Shown here one piece after another: positions 30,169 through 39,130 of a DNA stretch of 64,000 bases. The notes below the pieces were generated by a model. That model ran no database searches. It saw nothing but the letters and a program-made list of their open reading frames with translations, and was not told the origin of the DNA. The DNA is from Spirochaetia bacterium (GTDB lineage Bacteria > Spirochaetota > Spirochaetia > UBA9216), in assembly GCA_963675665.1 (NCBI GenBank), contig OY776510.1, positions 800,001-864,000 on the forward strand, given 5' to 3'. Positions within the stretch are counted from its first letter, which is position 1. Every line of letters begins with the position of its first letter. The translations under genes and the position numbers were made by a program.

Positions 30169-30287
30169 TATATATCCTTATAAACAAAACCACAGAAAAG
30201 TTATACGCGGTTTTGCTTTTTGAGTTTTTCTTTCAGTAAATCCTGATAAATGAAGTTTATTCTACAAAAAAACTCCATAGATGTAAA

Positions 30288-31724
30288 TCAGCTTAATAAC
30301 TTGCTGATTAAAGCCTGTACAGACTGCGGATCCGCAGTACCCCTGGTTGCCGCCATTACCTTGCCCACAATAAATCCCCGCGGTTTCTGATCTCCGCCTT
30401 TTATCTGTTCAACTGCTTTGGGGTTTTCTTCCAGTATCTGCTGTATTATTTTCTCCAGATCGCCGTCGTCGGCGGTGTTTTCCCAGCCTTTTTCGCTGAC
30501 TATTTTATCCGGGTCCCTGTCTTCATCAAAAACCGCCTGAAGAGTCTGAGCGGCTATCTTGCCGTGTATTTTATTATCCGCAAGCATTGCAAGCAGTTTT
30601 GTCAGCCTTCCGGCCGAGAGCATGCATTGTTCGCTGCCGAGATCGGCTTTCGACATATTCCGGCTGTTCAGTTCTTTTGCTACATTGCCCATAATCCATT
30701 TTGCGGCGGTTTTGGCGTCGGCTCCCATTCCGACAACCTGCTCAAAATAATCGGCTGCTGATTTTTCCTCTGCTATATAATCAGCCTGATCAGCTGTAAG
30801 TGAATATTCATCAGCAAACCTCTGTTTTCGTGCCAGTGGAAGTTCTACCTGCGCCTCTTCTATCATTTTAAAGAAATTTTCGTCCGGTCTGAACGGAGGA
30901 AGATCCGGTTCGGGAAAATACCGGTAATCATGGGCCTGTTCTTTAGTCCGCATGCTTTCCGTTACCGACCGGGCTTCGTCCCATAGGCGGGTTTCCTGGA
31001 TGATTGTCCCGCCGCTTTTAAGAACTTTTTCCTGGCGTTTCCGTTCATACTGGAGAGCCTTCCTGACAAAACGCGACGAGTTCAGGTTTTTTATCTCCAC
31101 CTTGCGTCCGAGCCCCTTTCCCGGTTCATTTATCGAGATGTTCGCATCGCAGCGCATGGACCCTTCTTCCATATTTCCGTCGCATACGCCCAGGTGCCTG
31201 ACGGCCCTCCTGAAGGCCTGAAGGAAGTCTTCCGCCTCCTGCGGCTCTTTGAATTCCGGTTCGGTTACTATTTCGAGAAGACATGTTCCGGCCCGGTTAT
31301 AATCGCAGAAGGAGCGTCCTCCCTGGTGAATCATCTTTCCGGCGTCTTCTTCAAGATGTATTTCATGAAATTTGATTCTTTTGATTTCATCTCCGCTTTC
31401 ATATTCGAAGAACCCGTTGCGCCCGAACGGTTTTTCAAACTGGGATATCTGATAATTCTTGGTCAAATCAGGATAGAAATAATTCTTGCGCTCGAACATT
31501 CCTTCTTTGGCCAGATCGCAGTTCATCGCCCTGCAGACAATATACGAAAGCCTGACTGCATGTTCATTCAGAGCGGGAAGCACGCCGGGGTACCCGAGGC
31601 AGACCGGACAGACGTTACTGTTGGGTTTGTCGCCGAATTTCGACCTGCATCCGCAGAAGATTTTGGTTTCTGTAAGCAGCTGAATATGTATTTCAAGCCC
31701 GATAAAGGTATCGTAAGCAGCCAT
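30288..31724 (-). CDS. gatB: Asp/Glu-tRNA amidotransferase subunit B
   Basis: IGLEIH, RKNYFYPD, EEDAGK, RCDANIS, YRYFPEPDL. Confidence 0.97.
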   Translation of the reverse strand: MAAYDTFIGLEIHIQLLTETKIFCGCRSKFGDKPNSNVCPVCLGYPGVLPALNEHAVRLSYIVCRAMNCDLAKEGMFERKNYFYPDLTKNYQISQFEKPFGRNGFFEYESGDEIKRIKFHEIHLEEDAGKMIHQGGRSFCDYNRAGTCLLEIVTEPEFKEPQEAEDFLQAFRRAVRHLGVCDGNMEEGSMRCDANISINEPGKGLGRKVEIKNLNSSRFVRKALQYERKRQEKVLKSGGTIIQETRLWDEARSVTESMRTKEQAHDYRYFPEPDLPPFRPDENFFKMIEEAQVELPLARKQRFADEYSLTADQADYIAEEKSAADYFEQVVGMGADAKTAAKWIMGNVAKELNSRNMSKADLGSEQCMLSAGRLTKLLAMLADNKIHGKIAAQTLQAVFDEDRDPDKIVSEKGWENTADDGDLEKIIQQILEENPKAVEQIKGGDQKPRGFIVGKVMAATRGTADPQSVQALISKLLS

Positions 31725-33040
31725 TATTTCACCTCCCTTTTCCGCGGGCAAACCGCAGGCGGAAGATCTTCGGCCAGCTTTTCGGCGGCCCTGAAGATTC
31801 TTTCCTCGGCAAAAACCGGCCCCATAAGCTGCATACCCACCGGCAGACCGTTTTCAACCGATACGGGCACGGACATTGCCGGCATCCCGGACAGGTTTGC
31901 GGCAACGGTAAATTTGTCTGCAAGTTTCTGTTGAAACTGGGTCAGGCTCCGGTCGCCGTGTTTGAATGCTGCAGTCGGAAATGCCGGAAGCATAATCAGA
32001 TCAGCGGTTTCAAATACACCGTCAAATTCGTTTCTTACGGCTGTTCTTATCTTTTGCGCCCTTGTGTAATACTGGTCCTGAAAACCGGAGCGCAGCACGT
32101 AGGTGCCGAGAAGTATGCGGAGTTTTACTTCATCGCCGAACCCCTCGTCGCGGGATTTTCTGACCAGATCTTCAAAACCCGCCGCTTCGGCGGAGCGGTG
32201 CCCGTAGCGGACCCCGTTGTACCGGGCGAGGTTGGCGCTTGCTTCGGCCATCGCGATTGTATAATAGGCCGCAATACCGTAATCAAGCATCGGAAGTTCA
32301 ATCTCACTGACGGCGTATCCGGCCTTTTTCAGGCCGTCTACAGCCTTTCCGTATGCGGCTTCCACCTCCGGTTTCAGCCCCAGATCTCCGGATAAAACGG
32401 CAACGGTTGAGGTTTCGTCGGTTGCCGGTATATGTTTGATTGAAGTCTGGTCAGCATCATCCTTTCCCTTAATCACTTCAAAAACACGGCGGGTTGTTCC
32501 AACACTGTCGGCCAGCACTCCGCAGACTTCAAGCGAGGATGCGTACGCTACCAGCCCGAAACGCGAGACAACACCGTATGTGGGTTTCAGACCGTAAACA
32601 CCGCAGAAAGACGCTGGCTGGCGGATTGATCCGCCGGTGTCGGTTCCGAGCGCGAAAGGAACCAGCCCTGCGGCAACCGCCGCCGCCGACCCGCCGCTGG
32701 AACCTCCGCAGACACGTTCCGTGTCCCAGGGATTATTGGTTACGGCAAGCGCCGAATTGTCTGTCGACGAACCCATTCCGAATTCGTCCAGGTTGGTCTT
32801 TCCGATGCAGACTGCACCCGCTTCCTTTAATTTTTTAACCGCTGTAGCATCATAAGGCGAGACAAAGTTCTCAAGCATCTTCGAGCCGCAGGTAAGATGC
32901 ATTCCTTCAACTGCAATATTGTCTTTTACTCCGAAAGTCATTCCCGAAAGAGGCTTCCCGGCTGCGGAACCGGCAGCGCCGTCGGGTGCAAATTCGAGAA
33001 AACTGTGAATTTCTCTATCCAGTTTCTTTATATCTGTCAT
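31724..33040 (-). CDS. gatA: Asp/Glu-tRNA amidotransferase subunit A
   Basis: KTNLDEFGMGSS, GGSSGGSAA, DTGGSIRQPA. Confidence 0.96.
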   Translation of the reverse strand: MTDIKKLDREIHSFLEFAPDGAAGSAAGKPLSGMTFGVKDNIAVEGMHLTCGSKMLENFVSPYDATAVKKLKEAGAVCIGKTNLDEFGMGSSTDNSALAVTNNPWDTERVCGGSSGGSAAAVAAGLVPFALGTDTGGSIRQPASFCGVYGLKPTYGVVSRFGLVAYASSLEVCGVLADSVGTTRRVFEVIKGKDDADQTSIKHIPATDETSTVAVLSGDLGLKPEVEAAYGKAVDGLKKAGYAVSEIELPMLDYGIAAYYTIAMAEASANLARYNGVRYGHRSAEAAGFEDLVRKSRDEGFGDEVKLRILLGTYVLRSGFQDQYYTRAQKIRTAVRNEFDGVFETADLIMLPAFPTAAFKHGDRSLTQFQQKLADKFTVAANLSGMPAMSVPVSVENGLPVGMQLMGPVFAEERIFRAAEKLAEDLPPAVCPRKREVK

Positions 33041-33062
33041 TTATATACCCTGTAATGGTTTA

Positions 33063-33341
33063 TTAAAGTACGTTGGGAATTACTATGAAATTGTCTTCGT
33101 TTTCAGGGGCCCGGGAGACAAGCTCTTCCTGATTATTATTGGGGTTCGGATTATCTGCTCTGAGTGCGTTTTCGCGTACAAGAGCATGAGTGGTGGGTGT
33201 GAGATTACTTACATCAACTTCGTTCATCATTTCGAAGTAATCCAGCATTTCCGATACGGCGGTCCTTAACCGACCTTCCTCTTCCGCCGACAGGGCCAGC
33301 TGGGCCTGCGTCGCGGTTATCAATAGATCATCCTTTTCCAT
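33063..33341 (-). CDS. gatC: Asp/Glu-tRNA amidotransferase subunit C
   Basis: Size, position before gatA, VDVSNLTPTTH..LRAD, FIVIPNVL; start at MEKDD. Confidence 0.88.
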   Translation of the reverse strand: MEKDDLLITATQAQLALSAEEEGRLRTAVSEMLDYFEMMNEVDVSNLTPTTHALVRENALRADNPNPNNNQEELVSRAPENEDNFIVIPNVL

Positions 33342-33475
33342 AGTAACGAATTTGGCATAATGGGGTATTAGTGTCAAGTCGAAGAAAAAAACAAAAGAAT
33401 ATGCAAATAATTTCTTTTTTGTTATAATTTTACCAATTAAACACTATTTCAAATTTATTTAATAAGGAAAGAATT

Positions 33476-34276
33476 ATGAAAAAATTTATTGGTCTTCTAA
33501 TGATAATTTCAACATCATTAGTCTTTTTCGGATGCGCATCGGGAGAAGCGGAAATTCTCTCGTTTGATCTCAGGGGTGCGATACTGGTCGGGGATCCGGT
33601 AATAGACGCAACGGCAAGAACTGTAGAGGTTTCGGTACAACCTGTAGACCTTTCATCGGTAACCCCGTCTGTAACAGTATCAGAAGGCGCCACATACAAA
33701 GCTGCCGAACTGTCCGACGGAAAAGAAGTAACTTATACGGTGATTGCTGAAAACGGGTCCGAGGTTGAGTGGAAAATTACGGTCACAATTGCTCCCGGCA
33801 TCTTTTTTACCTATGATGGGACAGAGGTTGTTTTAACGAAGGGCGTTGTAGATTCCGACAACAGTACACATAACGAAACCATTGGCAACAATGTTCCATT
33901 CGGCGGTTATGTTACCGATGATAACCGAACAACTTGTATTGCTCTTAAAGAAAAAATGGAATTTTCGGCAACCCAAATAACATGTGAGTATTGTGCTTTT
34001 GTAATTAACGGTAAAGAACCAGGTGATGCAGCTTCCGATCTTTATCTTTTCATATATGAAACAGCAGAGGCTTCATCTCCCGAAATCCAAATCTATATGG
34101 ATAATGATAATGACGTTACCTTCAATATCAGCGAATACGGCGATGTCGGAGAATACATCAGGGGAACATTCTCCTGTACCGACGCCGATTATACCGAGGA
34201 TGAAACAACCGGAGACGATGTAGAAATCACAAACGGACGGTTCAAGATACTAAGGCTGGAGGATGATATTGAATAA
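33476..34276 (+). CDS. acidic lipoprotein with Ig-like (DUF5018-like) domain
   Basis: Lipobox FFGC; EILSF...VTVSEGAT...VTYTVIAENG motif. Confidence 0.6.
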   Translation: MKKFIGLLMIISTSLVFFGCASGEAEILSFDLRGAILVGDPVIDATARTVEVSVQPVDLSSVTPSVTVSEGATYKAAELSDGKEVTYTVIAENGSEVEWKITVTIAPGIFFTYDGTEVVLTKGVVDSDNSTHNETIGNNVPFGGYVTDDNRTTCIALKEKMEFSATQITCEYCAFVINGKEPGDAASDLYLFIYETAEASSPEIQIYMDNDNDVTFNISEYGDVGEYIRGTFSCTDADYTEDETTGDDVEITNGRFKILRLEDDIE

Positions 34277-34329
34277 CGGTTAATCATTTATTTAACCTTG
34301 AATACCGACACCTTTTTCTATAGGGTGTC

Positions 34330-35238
34330 ATGATGAGCTGGTATGCTTTCATTCAGAAATATTTCGGTGCTTTTTTCGCAGCCGGCCTTGCTCTCGGGTT
34401 GTTTTTTCCTGATTTTTTCAGTCCGGTTTCAGAGCGGGTGGTTTTAATTCTCGGGACTGTTATGACTATGATCTTTCTGACGATTGATCTTAAAAGTGTA
34501 ATATTGAATTTGAAACGTTTTCATCATATCGGAGCCGCATTGTTTGTATCGAAAGCAGTTTTCCCGCTGCTGATTTACCTTGCCGCCCGCCCGCTTGGAG
34601 AACCTGTTTCAATCGGGGTTCTGCTGCTCTGTTTAACGCCTTTTGCAGCTGTTTCTCCCACAATAACAAGAATAATAGGCGGCGATACCGAATTTATTAT
34701 AATCTGCCAGGTTTTGCTTACTCTTCTTTCTCCGTTTTATATGCCGGCGCTTTTACTGCTCTATGCCGGGGCCGTAATTGAACTCGACATACTGCAAATG
34801 ATGAAAACCCTTGTTTTTCTTATTCTGATACCTTTCGGAATTTCTCTTGTACTGAGGCCACTTTTAAAAAAAGCTGTTGAGCGTACAAAAAAATATTATG
34901 GAGCTTTTACCATTATTCTTATTTCTGTTTTGCTTTCCGGTCTGCTTTCGGGAGCTTCCGAACCTATTACCGCCAACCCGCTTCGGGCGCTTCCGCTGGC
35001 AGGTCTTGCTGTCGGGCTCGGGGTTATCCTGTCGGCGGCAGGGTGGTTCGGATTTTTCTTTCTTGACAGAAAAAAACGCATTGGGCTTTCAGCGGCAAAC
35101 CTTTATATGAATGTTGGTCTTACCGCGGTAATAGCCGCCGGTTTTTTCGGCGCTGAAACAATGCTGTTTATTCTTCTGTATGAACTTCCGGCAAACCTTC
35201 TTCCGGCTGCATTAGGCAGAATTTTTAAAGATAAATAA
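34330..35238 (+). CDS. bile acid:sodium symporter family transporter
   Basis: Polytopic membrane protein, TPFAAVSP, N.GL motif. Confidence 0.7.
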   Translation: MMSWYAFIQKYFGAFFAAGLALGLFFPDFFSPVSERVVLILGTVMTMIFLTIDLKSVILNLKRFHHIGAALFVSKAVFPLLIYLAARPLGEPVSIGVLLLCLTPFAAVSPTITRIIGGDTEFIIICQVLLTLLSPFYMPALLLLYAGAVIELDILQMMKTLVFLILIPFGISLVLRPLLKKAVERTKKYYGAFTIILISVLLSGLLSGASEPITANPLRALPLAGLAVGLGVILSAAGWFGFFFLDRKKRIGLSAANLYMNVGLTAVIAAGFFGAETMLFILLYELPANLLPAALGRIFKDK

Positions 35239-35240
35239 AA

Positions 35241-35891
35241 TCAGAACAGGGGCTTTTCCCTGTTGGGATCCCCTATTGAACGCAGAGTTTTTCCGGACGG
35301 GTTCAACAGCGTCCGCCGGCCTTTCAGGGATCGCGAAATCGTCAGGCGATCGGCATATTCCAGGTCTCCGCCGGCAGGAAGCCCTGAAGCCAGCTGTGAA
35401 ATTCTGAGTCCTGAATCTTTCAAAAGATTAACCAGATACAGCGCGGTAGTTTCACCCTCCACTGTCGGATTTGTCGCAATAATCAGTTCGCTGACTTTTT
35501 CGTGTTTTAATCTGTGTAACAGTTTTCCAATTGTAAGTTCTTCCGGGCCCTTTCCGTCTATCGGCGAAATTACACCGCCGAGAACATGATATAAACCTTT
35601 GAAATCTCCCGTCGGTTCAATAGTGCTTATATCTTCCGGCTGTTCAACAACGCAGATCAGGCTGCGGTCCCGGTTGTGATCGGAACATATCGGGCAGGGA
35701 GAATCCTCTGTATAATTACCGCAGATTTCACAGAATTTTACGCGCTCTTTGAGTCCGGCTATCTGAGAGGAAAGATCCTGCACCCAGTAATCTTCCGCCT
35801 TAAGCAGGTAATGTGCAACGCGACGGGCGCTTTTCGACCCTATTCCGGGAAGTTTTGAAAGACTTTTAACAAGTTGATCGAGCGGATTCAT
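35241..35891 (-). CDS. recR: recombination protein RecR
   Basis: LPGIGSKSARR, C4 zinc finger, ATNPTVEGETTA. Confidence 0.96.
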   Translation of the reverse strand: MNPLDQLVKSLSKLPGIGSKSARRVAHYLLKAEDYWVQDLSSQIAGLKERVKFCEICGNYTEDSPCPICSDHNRDRSLICVVEQPEDISTIEPTGDFKGLYHVLGGVISPIDGKGPEELTIGKLLHRLKHEKVSELIIATNPTVEGETTALYLVNLLKDSGLRISQLASGLPAGGDLEYADRLTISRSLKGRRTLLNPSGKTLRSIGDPNREKPLF

Positions 35892-35910
35892 CCTAATCTC
35901 CGGCTGATGG

Positions 35911-36228
35911 TTACATTCCCATCATTTCCGGCGGAAGGTTCAAATCTCCGGCTATCGAGGCTGCTTCTGATTGAATTTTCGCCTTTATCTTGTTCGAAGC
36001 GTCTGTAAAAGCGGAAAGAACCAGATCTTCAATAAGTTCCGGATCTTCAGGATCAATTACTTCTTTTGCTATTTTCACATCAAGAACCGAATATTGTCCC
36101 GTTAACACCACTTTAACCATTCCGCCGCCGGATTCTCCTTCGGCGGTTACTTCATTAAGTTTATTCTGCATCTCCTGCATTTTAGACTGCATACCCTGCA
36201 GATTTTTTATCATATCCATCGGATTCAT
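35911..36228 (-). CDS. ybaB: nucleoid-associated protein YbaB/EbfC
   Basis: GESGGGMVKV, EDLV; lies between dnaX and recR. Confidence 0.93.
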   Translation of the reverse strand: MNPMDMIKNLQGMQSKMQEMQNKLNEVTAEGESGGGMVKVVLTGQYSVLDVKIAKEVIDPEDPELIEDLVLSAFTDASNKIKAKIQSEAASIAGDLNLPPEMMGM

Positions 36229-36250
36229 ATTTACTCCTACAAAAACTGCT

Positions 36251-36461
36251 TGCCACGGACGGCAGGTTACGGAGAATGAAGTTTAAAAGTCTTATTTTTA
36301 AACTTCAAGATAAAAAAGAACATGGATGTTCTTTTTTTATCCGTCCTGCAAAAAATCCCTGCCATGGATGGCAGGTTACAGTGAATGAAGTTTAAAAAGT
36401 CTTATTTTTAAACTTCAAGATAAAAAAAGAACACGGATGTTCTTTTTTTATCCGTCCTGCA
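36251..36461. repeat. tandem pair of about 100-bp triple-hairpin elements
   Basis: Units 36251-36350 and 36360-36461 are nearly identical; each ends in a copy of the dnaX 3' end. Confidence 0.9.
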
Positions 36462-38013
36462 CAATTTCACCGCGAAAAACCTTCTTAACCGCATCAACCT
36501 GTTTGTTCAGATTATGCTGTCCTTCATCGATTTCCCTTGTTTTACCTGTCTGAACAACTTCAACTTCGATAATAAACTTTTTGCCTGTAATATCCGTTAA
36601 CGCGTCCTGAATAATGTTTCGATCGTTTTTTACAACCGATGCGGTATAGCCGTTATCAAAAGAAAAACTTATACTGTCGCCGGATTGCCGCCAGCCGACA
36701 GCCTGGTCTATTGATGCTGCAAGAGTCAGTTTCTTTTTACGTATTGCATTAAGCACCGCGTCCCTCTGTTCCGATGTCAGTCCGGTTTCAGAATGATGAA
36801 TTTCCGGTTGGACAGATTCGGTAACAAAAGGATTTTCGTTTTCATCTTCCGCTTTTTCTTCAAATTCTCCGGCGGCAATATTCTGTTTTAATTTTTCCAG
36901 TCTGTCATAAACCTCTGCAGGCGAAATCCATGCAGCAAGATCGGATAATTGCGCAAGGACCAGTTCAAGTTCAAACCTCGGATTAATTGAATAACGGACA
37001 TCCCTGTAAAATGAAAAAATCAGTTCGAGAGCTTTTTCAAGCTGGCTCTTGTTGAAAGCGTTCACGGTTGTTTCTGAATAACGCGCGCGGGCATATCCAA
37101 GCAATGATTCTTTTTCTATTCCGCAGCGTATAAATAAAAGGCTCCTGAAGTATTCGGCCAAATCCACAGCAAATTGTTCAATTGAGACTCCGCCTGCAAT
37201 TATTTCAGAACTCAGTTCCATGACCTTTACGGAACTGCGGGAAGCCATTGCTTCAACTATGACATTCATACTGTCGAGACCGACAAGACCAAGCTTTTCC
37301 CGAATCTTTTCCAGGGTAACCGTACCGTCTGAAAATGCCGCAACCTGGTCAAAGAGGGTATAGGCGTCGCGCATGGAACCGGTTGCTTCTTTGGCAATCC
37401 AGAACAGCGCATCGTCTTCCGCGTCTATTTTCAGCTCTTCAGCCGCCAGCTGAAGGCTGTTTTTTATTTCCTCAAGTGAAATAAGCCTGAAATTAAACTG
37501 CTGGCAGCGGCTTCTTATTGTAGCAGGGACCTTGTGGATTTCGGTTGTTGCAAAGATAAAGATAATATATGGCGGCGGTTCTTCTATTGTTTTTAAAAGC
37601 GCATTAAACGCCGAATTAGACAGCATATGAACTTCGTCTATTATGTACACTTTATAGCGGCAGGAATTGGGCGCGAAAAGAACTTCATCCTTAATCTCGC
37701 GGATGTCGTTGACCGAGGTATTCGAAGCACCGTCAATCTCTATTACATCGAGAGCATTGCCGCGCGCAATTTCCGTACAGGCAGAACATTTTCCGCAGGG
37801 TGTCGGAGTAGGTCCTTCTTCACAGTTAACCGCCCGGGCCAGAATACGTGCGGCCGAGGTTTTTCCGACGCCGCGCGGACCCGAAAAAAGATACGCATGG
37901 GCTATTCGGCCTGCCTTTATTGAATTCTTTATTGTTGATACGACGAATTCCTGGCCGACAAGATCTTCGAACATGCCGGGACGCCGCCGCGTTGCTGTTA
38001 CTTCATATGCCAT
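36448..38013 (-). CDS. dnaX: DNA polymerase III subunit gamma/tau
   Basis: HAYLFSGPRGVGKT, EIDGASN, IDEVHML, TIRSRC; start at MAYEV. Confidence 0.96.
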   Translation of the reverse strand: MAYEVTATRRRPGMFEDLVGQEFVVSTIKNSIKAGRIAHAYLFSGPRGVGKTSAARILARAVNCEEGPTPTPCGKCSACTEIARGNALDVIEIDGASNTSVNDIREIKDEVLFAPNSCRYKVYIIDEVHMLSNSAFNALLKTIEEPPPYIIFIFATTEIHKVPATIRSRCQQFNFRLISLEEIKNSLQLAAEELKIDAEDDALFWIAKEATGSMRDAYTLFDQVAAFSDGTVTLEKIREKLGLVGLDSMNVIVEAMASRSSVKVMELSSEIIAGGVSIEQFAVDLAEYFRSLLFIRCGIEKESLLGYARARYSETTVNAFNKSQLEKALELIFSFYRDVRYSINPRFELELVLAQLSDLAAWISPAEVYDRLEKLKQNIAAGEFEEKAEDENENPFVTESVQPEIHHSETGLTSEQRDAVLNAIRKKKLTLAASIDQAVGWRQSGDSISFSFDNGYTASVVKNDRNIIQDALTDITGKKFIIEVEVVQTGKTREIDEGQHNLNKQVDAVKKVFRGEIVQDG

Positions 38014-38083
38014 ATGCGGAATTGTACATGATAATCGGGGAGGTATCAATGTGAGATTGTAATAAATGGTTTGAAAATAAAAA

Positions 38084-38185
<102 letters not shown>

Positions 38186-38191
38186 AATATA

Positions 38192-38276
38192 CGGAGAGAG
38201 GGGGATTCGAACCCCCGGTACCTTTCGATACACACGCTTTCCAAGCGTGCGCCTTCGACCGCTCGGCCATCTCTCC
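38192..38276 (-). tRNA. tRNA-Ser(GGA)
   Basis: Cloverleaf with long variable arm, anticodon loop TT-GGA-AA, GGTTCGAATCC. Confidence 0.95.
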
Positions 38277-38330
38277 TGAAGGTTATTTTTTACTGTTTCA
38301 GGTTGAACATAAACCGTAAACAGTGCTGAT

Positions 38331-38460
38331 CGGAGAGACAGGGATTCGCCTTCCGGCTCCACACATCCCGTGCGTATCCTTCAGGCCGCCTCTTTCGCTG
38401 GCGGCCGGCATCCGTGCCGTCCTCTCCTCGCCGGCTCGGCGCTCATTCGGTTCGAATCCC
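38331..38460 (-). repeat. tRNA-linked repeat carrying an 18-bp copy of the tRNA-Ser(CGA) 3' end
   Basis: cggagagacagggattcg at 38331-38348 equals 38516-38533; GC-rich hairpins lie between GGGATTCG and CGAATCCC. Confidence 0.8.
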
Positions 38461-38515
38461 GTATAAACTATATTAAAGTATTAATAAAATATAATACTTT
38501 AAACAGTTGTTTCTT

Positions 38516-38603
38516 CGGAGAGACAGGGATTCGAACCCTGGGTACAGACGAGCTGTACAACGGCTTTCGAGGCCGCCCGATTCAACCACTCTCGCATCTC
38601 TCC
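38516..38603 (-). tRNA. tRNA-Ser(CGA)
   Basis: Anticodon arm GCGGC-CT-CGA-AA-GCCGT, long variable arm. Confidence 0.95.
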
Positions 38604-38628
38604 CTGAAACCCCGTAAGGGAAAAAAAG

Positions 38629-38702
38629 TATACCCAAGAGGACTCGAACCTCCGACCTTTAGGTCCGCAACCTAACGCTCTATCCAACTGAGCTATGGGT
38701 AC
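38629..38702 (-). tRNA. tRNA-Arg(GCG)
   Basis: GTACCCATAGCTCAGTTGGATAGAGC, anticodon arm TTAGG-TT-GCG-GA-CCTAA. Confidence 0.93.
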
Positions 38703-38859
38703 CTGTAAAACTTTCAAAAATCGGTTATTTTTGAAAGTTTTTTGAATTAAAACGACCTGAAGACAGAACGTTTTAATTCCAAGTTCTTCCGGTAGAACCG
38801 TTAAAAATTGAAATTTTTAACGGGCCTTCGGAATTATAACACAAAAATATATAAAAAAA

Positions 38860-38946
38860 CGGAGAGGGAGGGATTCGAACCCTCGGTACCGTTGCCAGTA
38901 CAACTCCTTAGCAGGGAGCCCGATTCAACCACTCTCGCACCTCTCC
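38860..38946 (-). tRNA. tRNA-Ser(GCT)
   Basis: Anticodon arm GCTCC-CT-GCT-AA-GGAGT. Confidence 0.95.
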
Positions 38947-38968
38947 GGTTAAACCAAATATAAAAATA

Positions 38969-39053
38969 CGGAGAAGGTGGGATTCGAACCCACGGAACCT
39001 TTCGGCTCAACGGTTTTCAAGACCGCCTCCTTCGACCGCTCGGACACCTCTCC
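38969..39053 (-). tRNA. tRNA-Ser(TGA)
   Basis: Anticodon arm GCGGT-CT-TGA-AA-ACCGT. Confidence 0.95.
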
Positions 39054-39130
39054 ATCATGATATCAAATATCAGTGGACTTAATATATTTATCGATATGGA
39101 TTTTGTCAATAGGATACAAAAATGACGTTT

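Noticed and set aside
30170-30285. T-box riboswitch before aspS
   Set aside because: Leader is too short and lacks the T-box consensus; only a promoter-like TTTACA-17-TAGAAT and one hairpin are seen
22059-32855. Long antisense ORFs (22059-22880, 28579-29163, 31194-31934 and others)
   Set aside because: Opposite-strand shadows of conserved genes with no motifs or RBS
36251-36461. Possible CRISPR array
   Set aside because: Only two ~100-bp units, no unique spacers and no cas genes
36448-38013. Programmed frameshift in dnaX
   Set aside because: No convincing slippery site with stimulator found by eye
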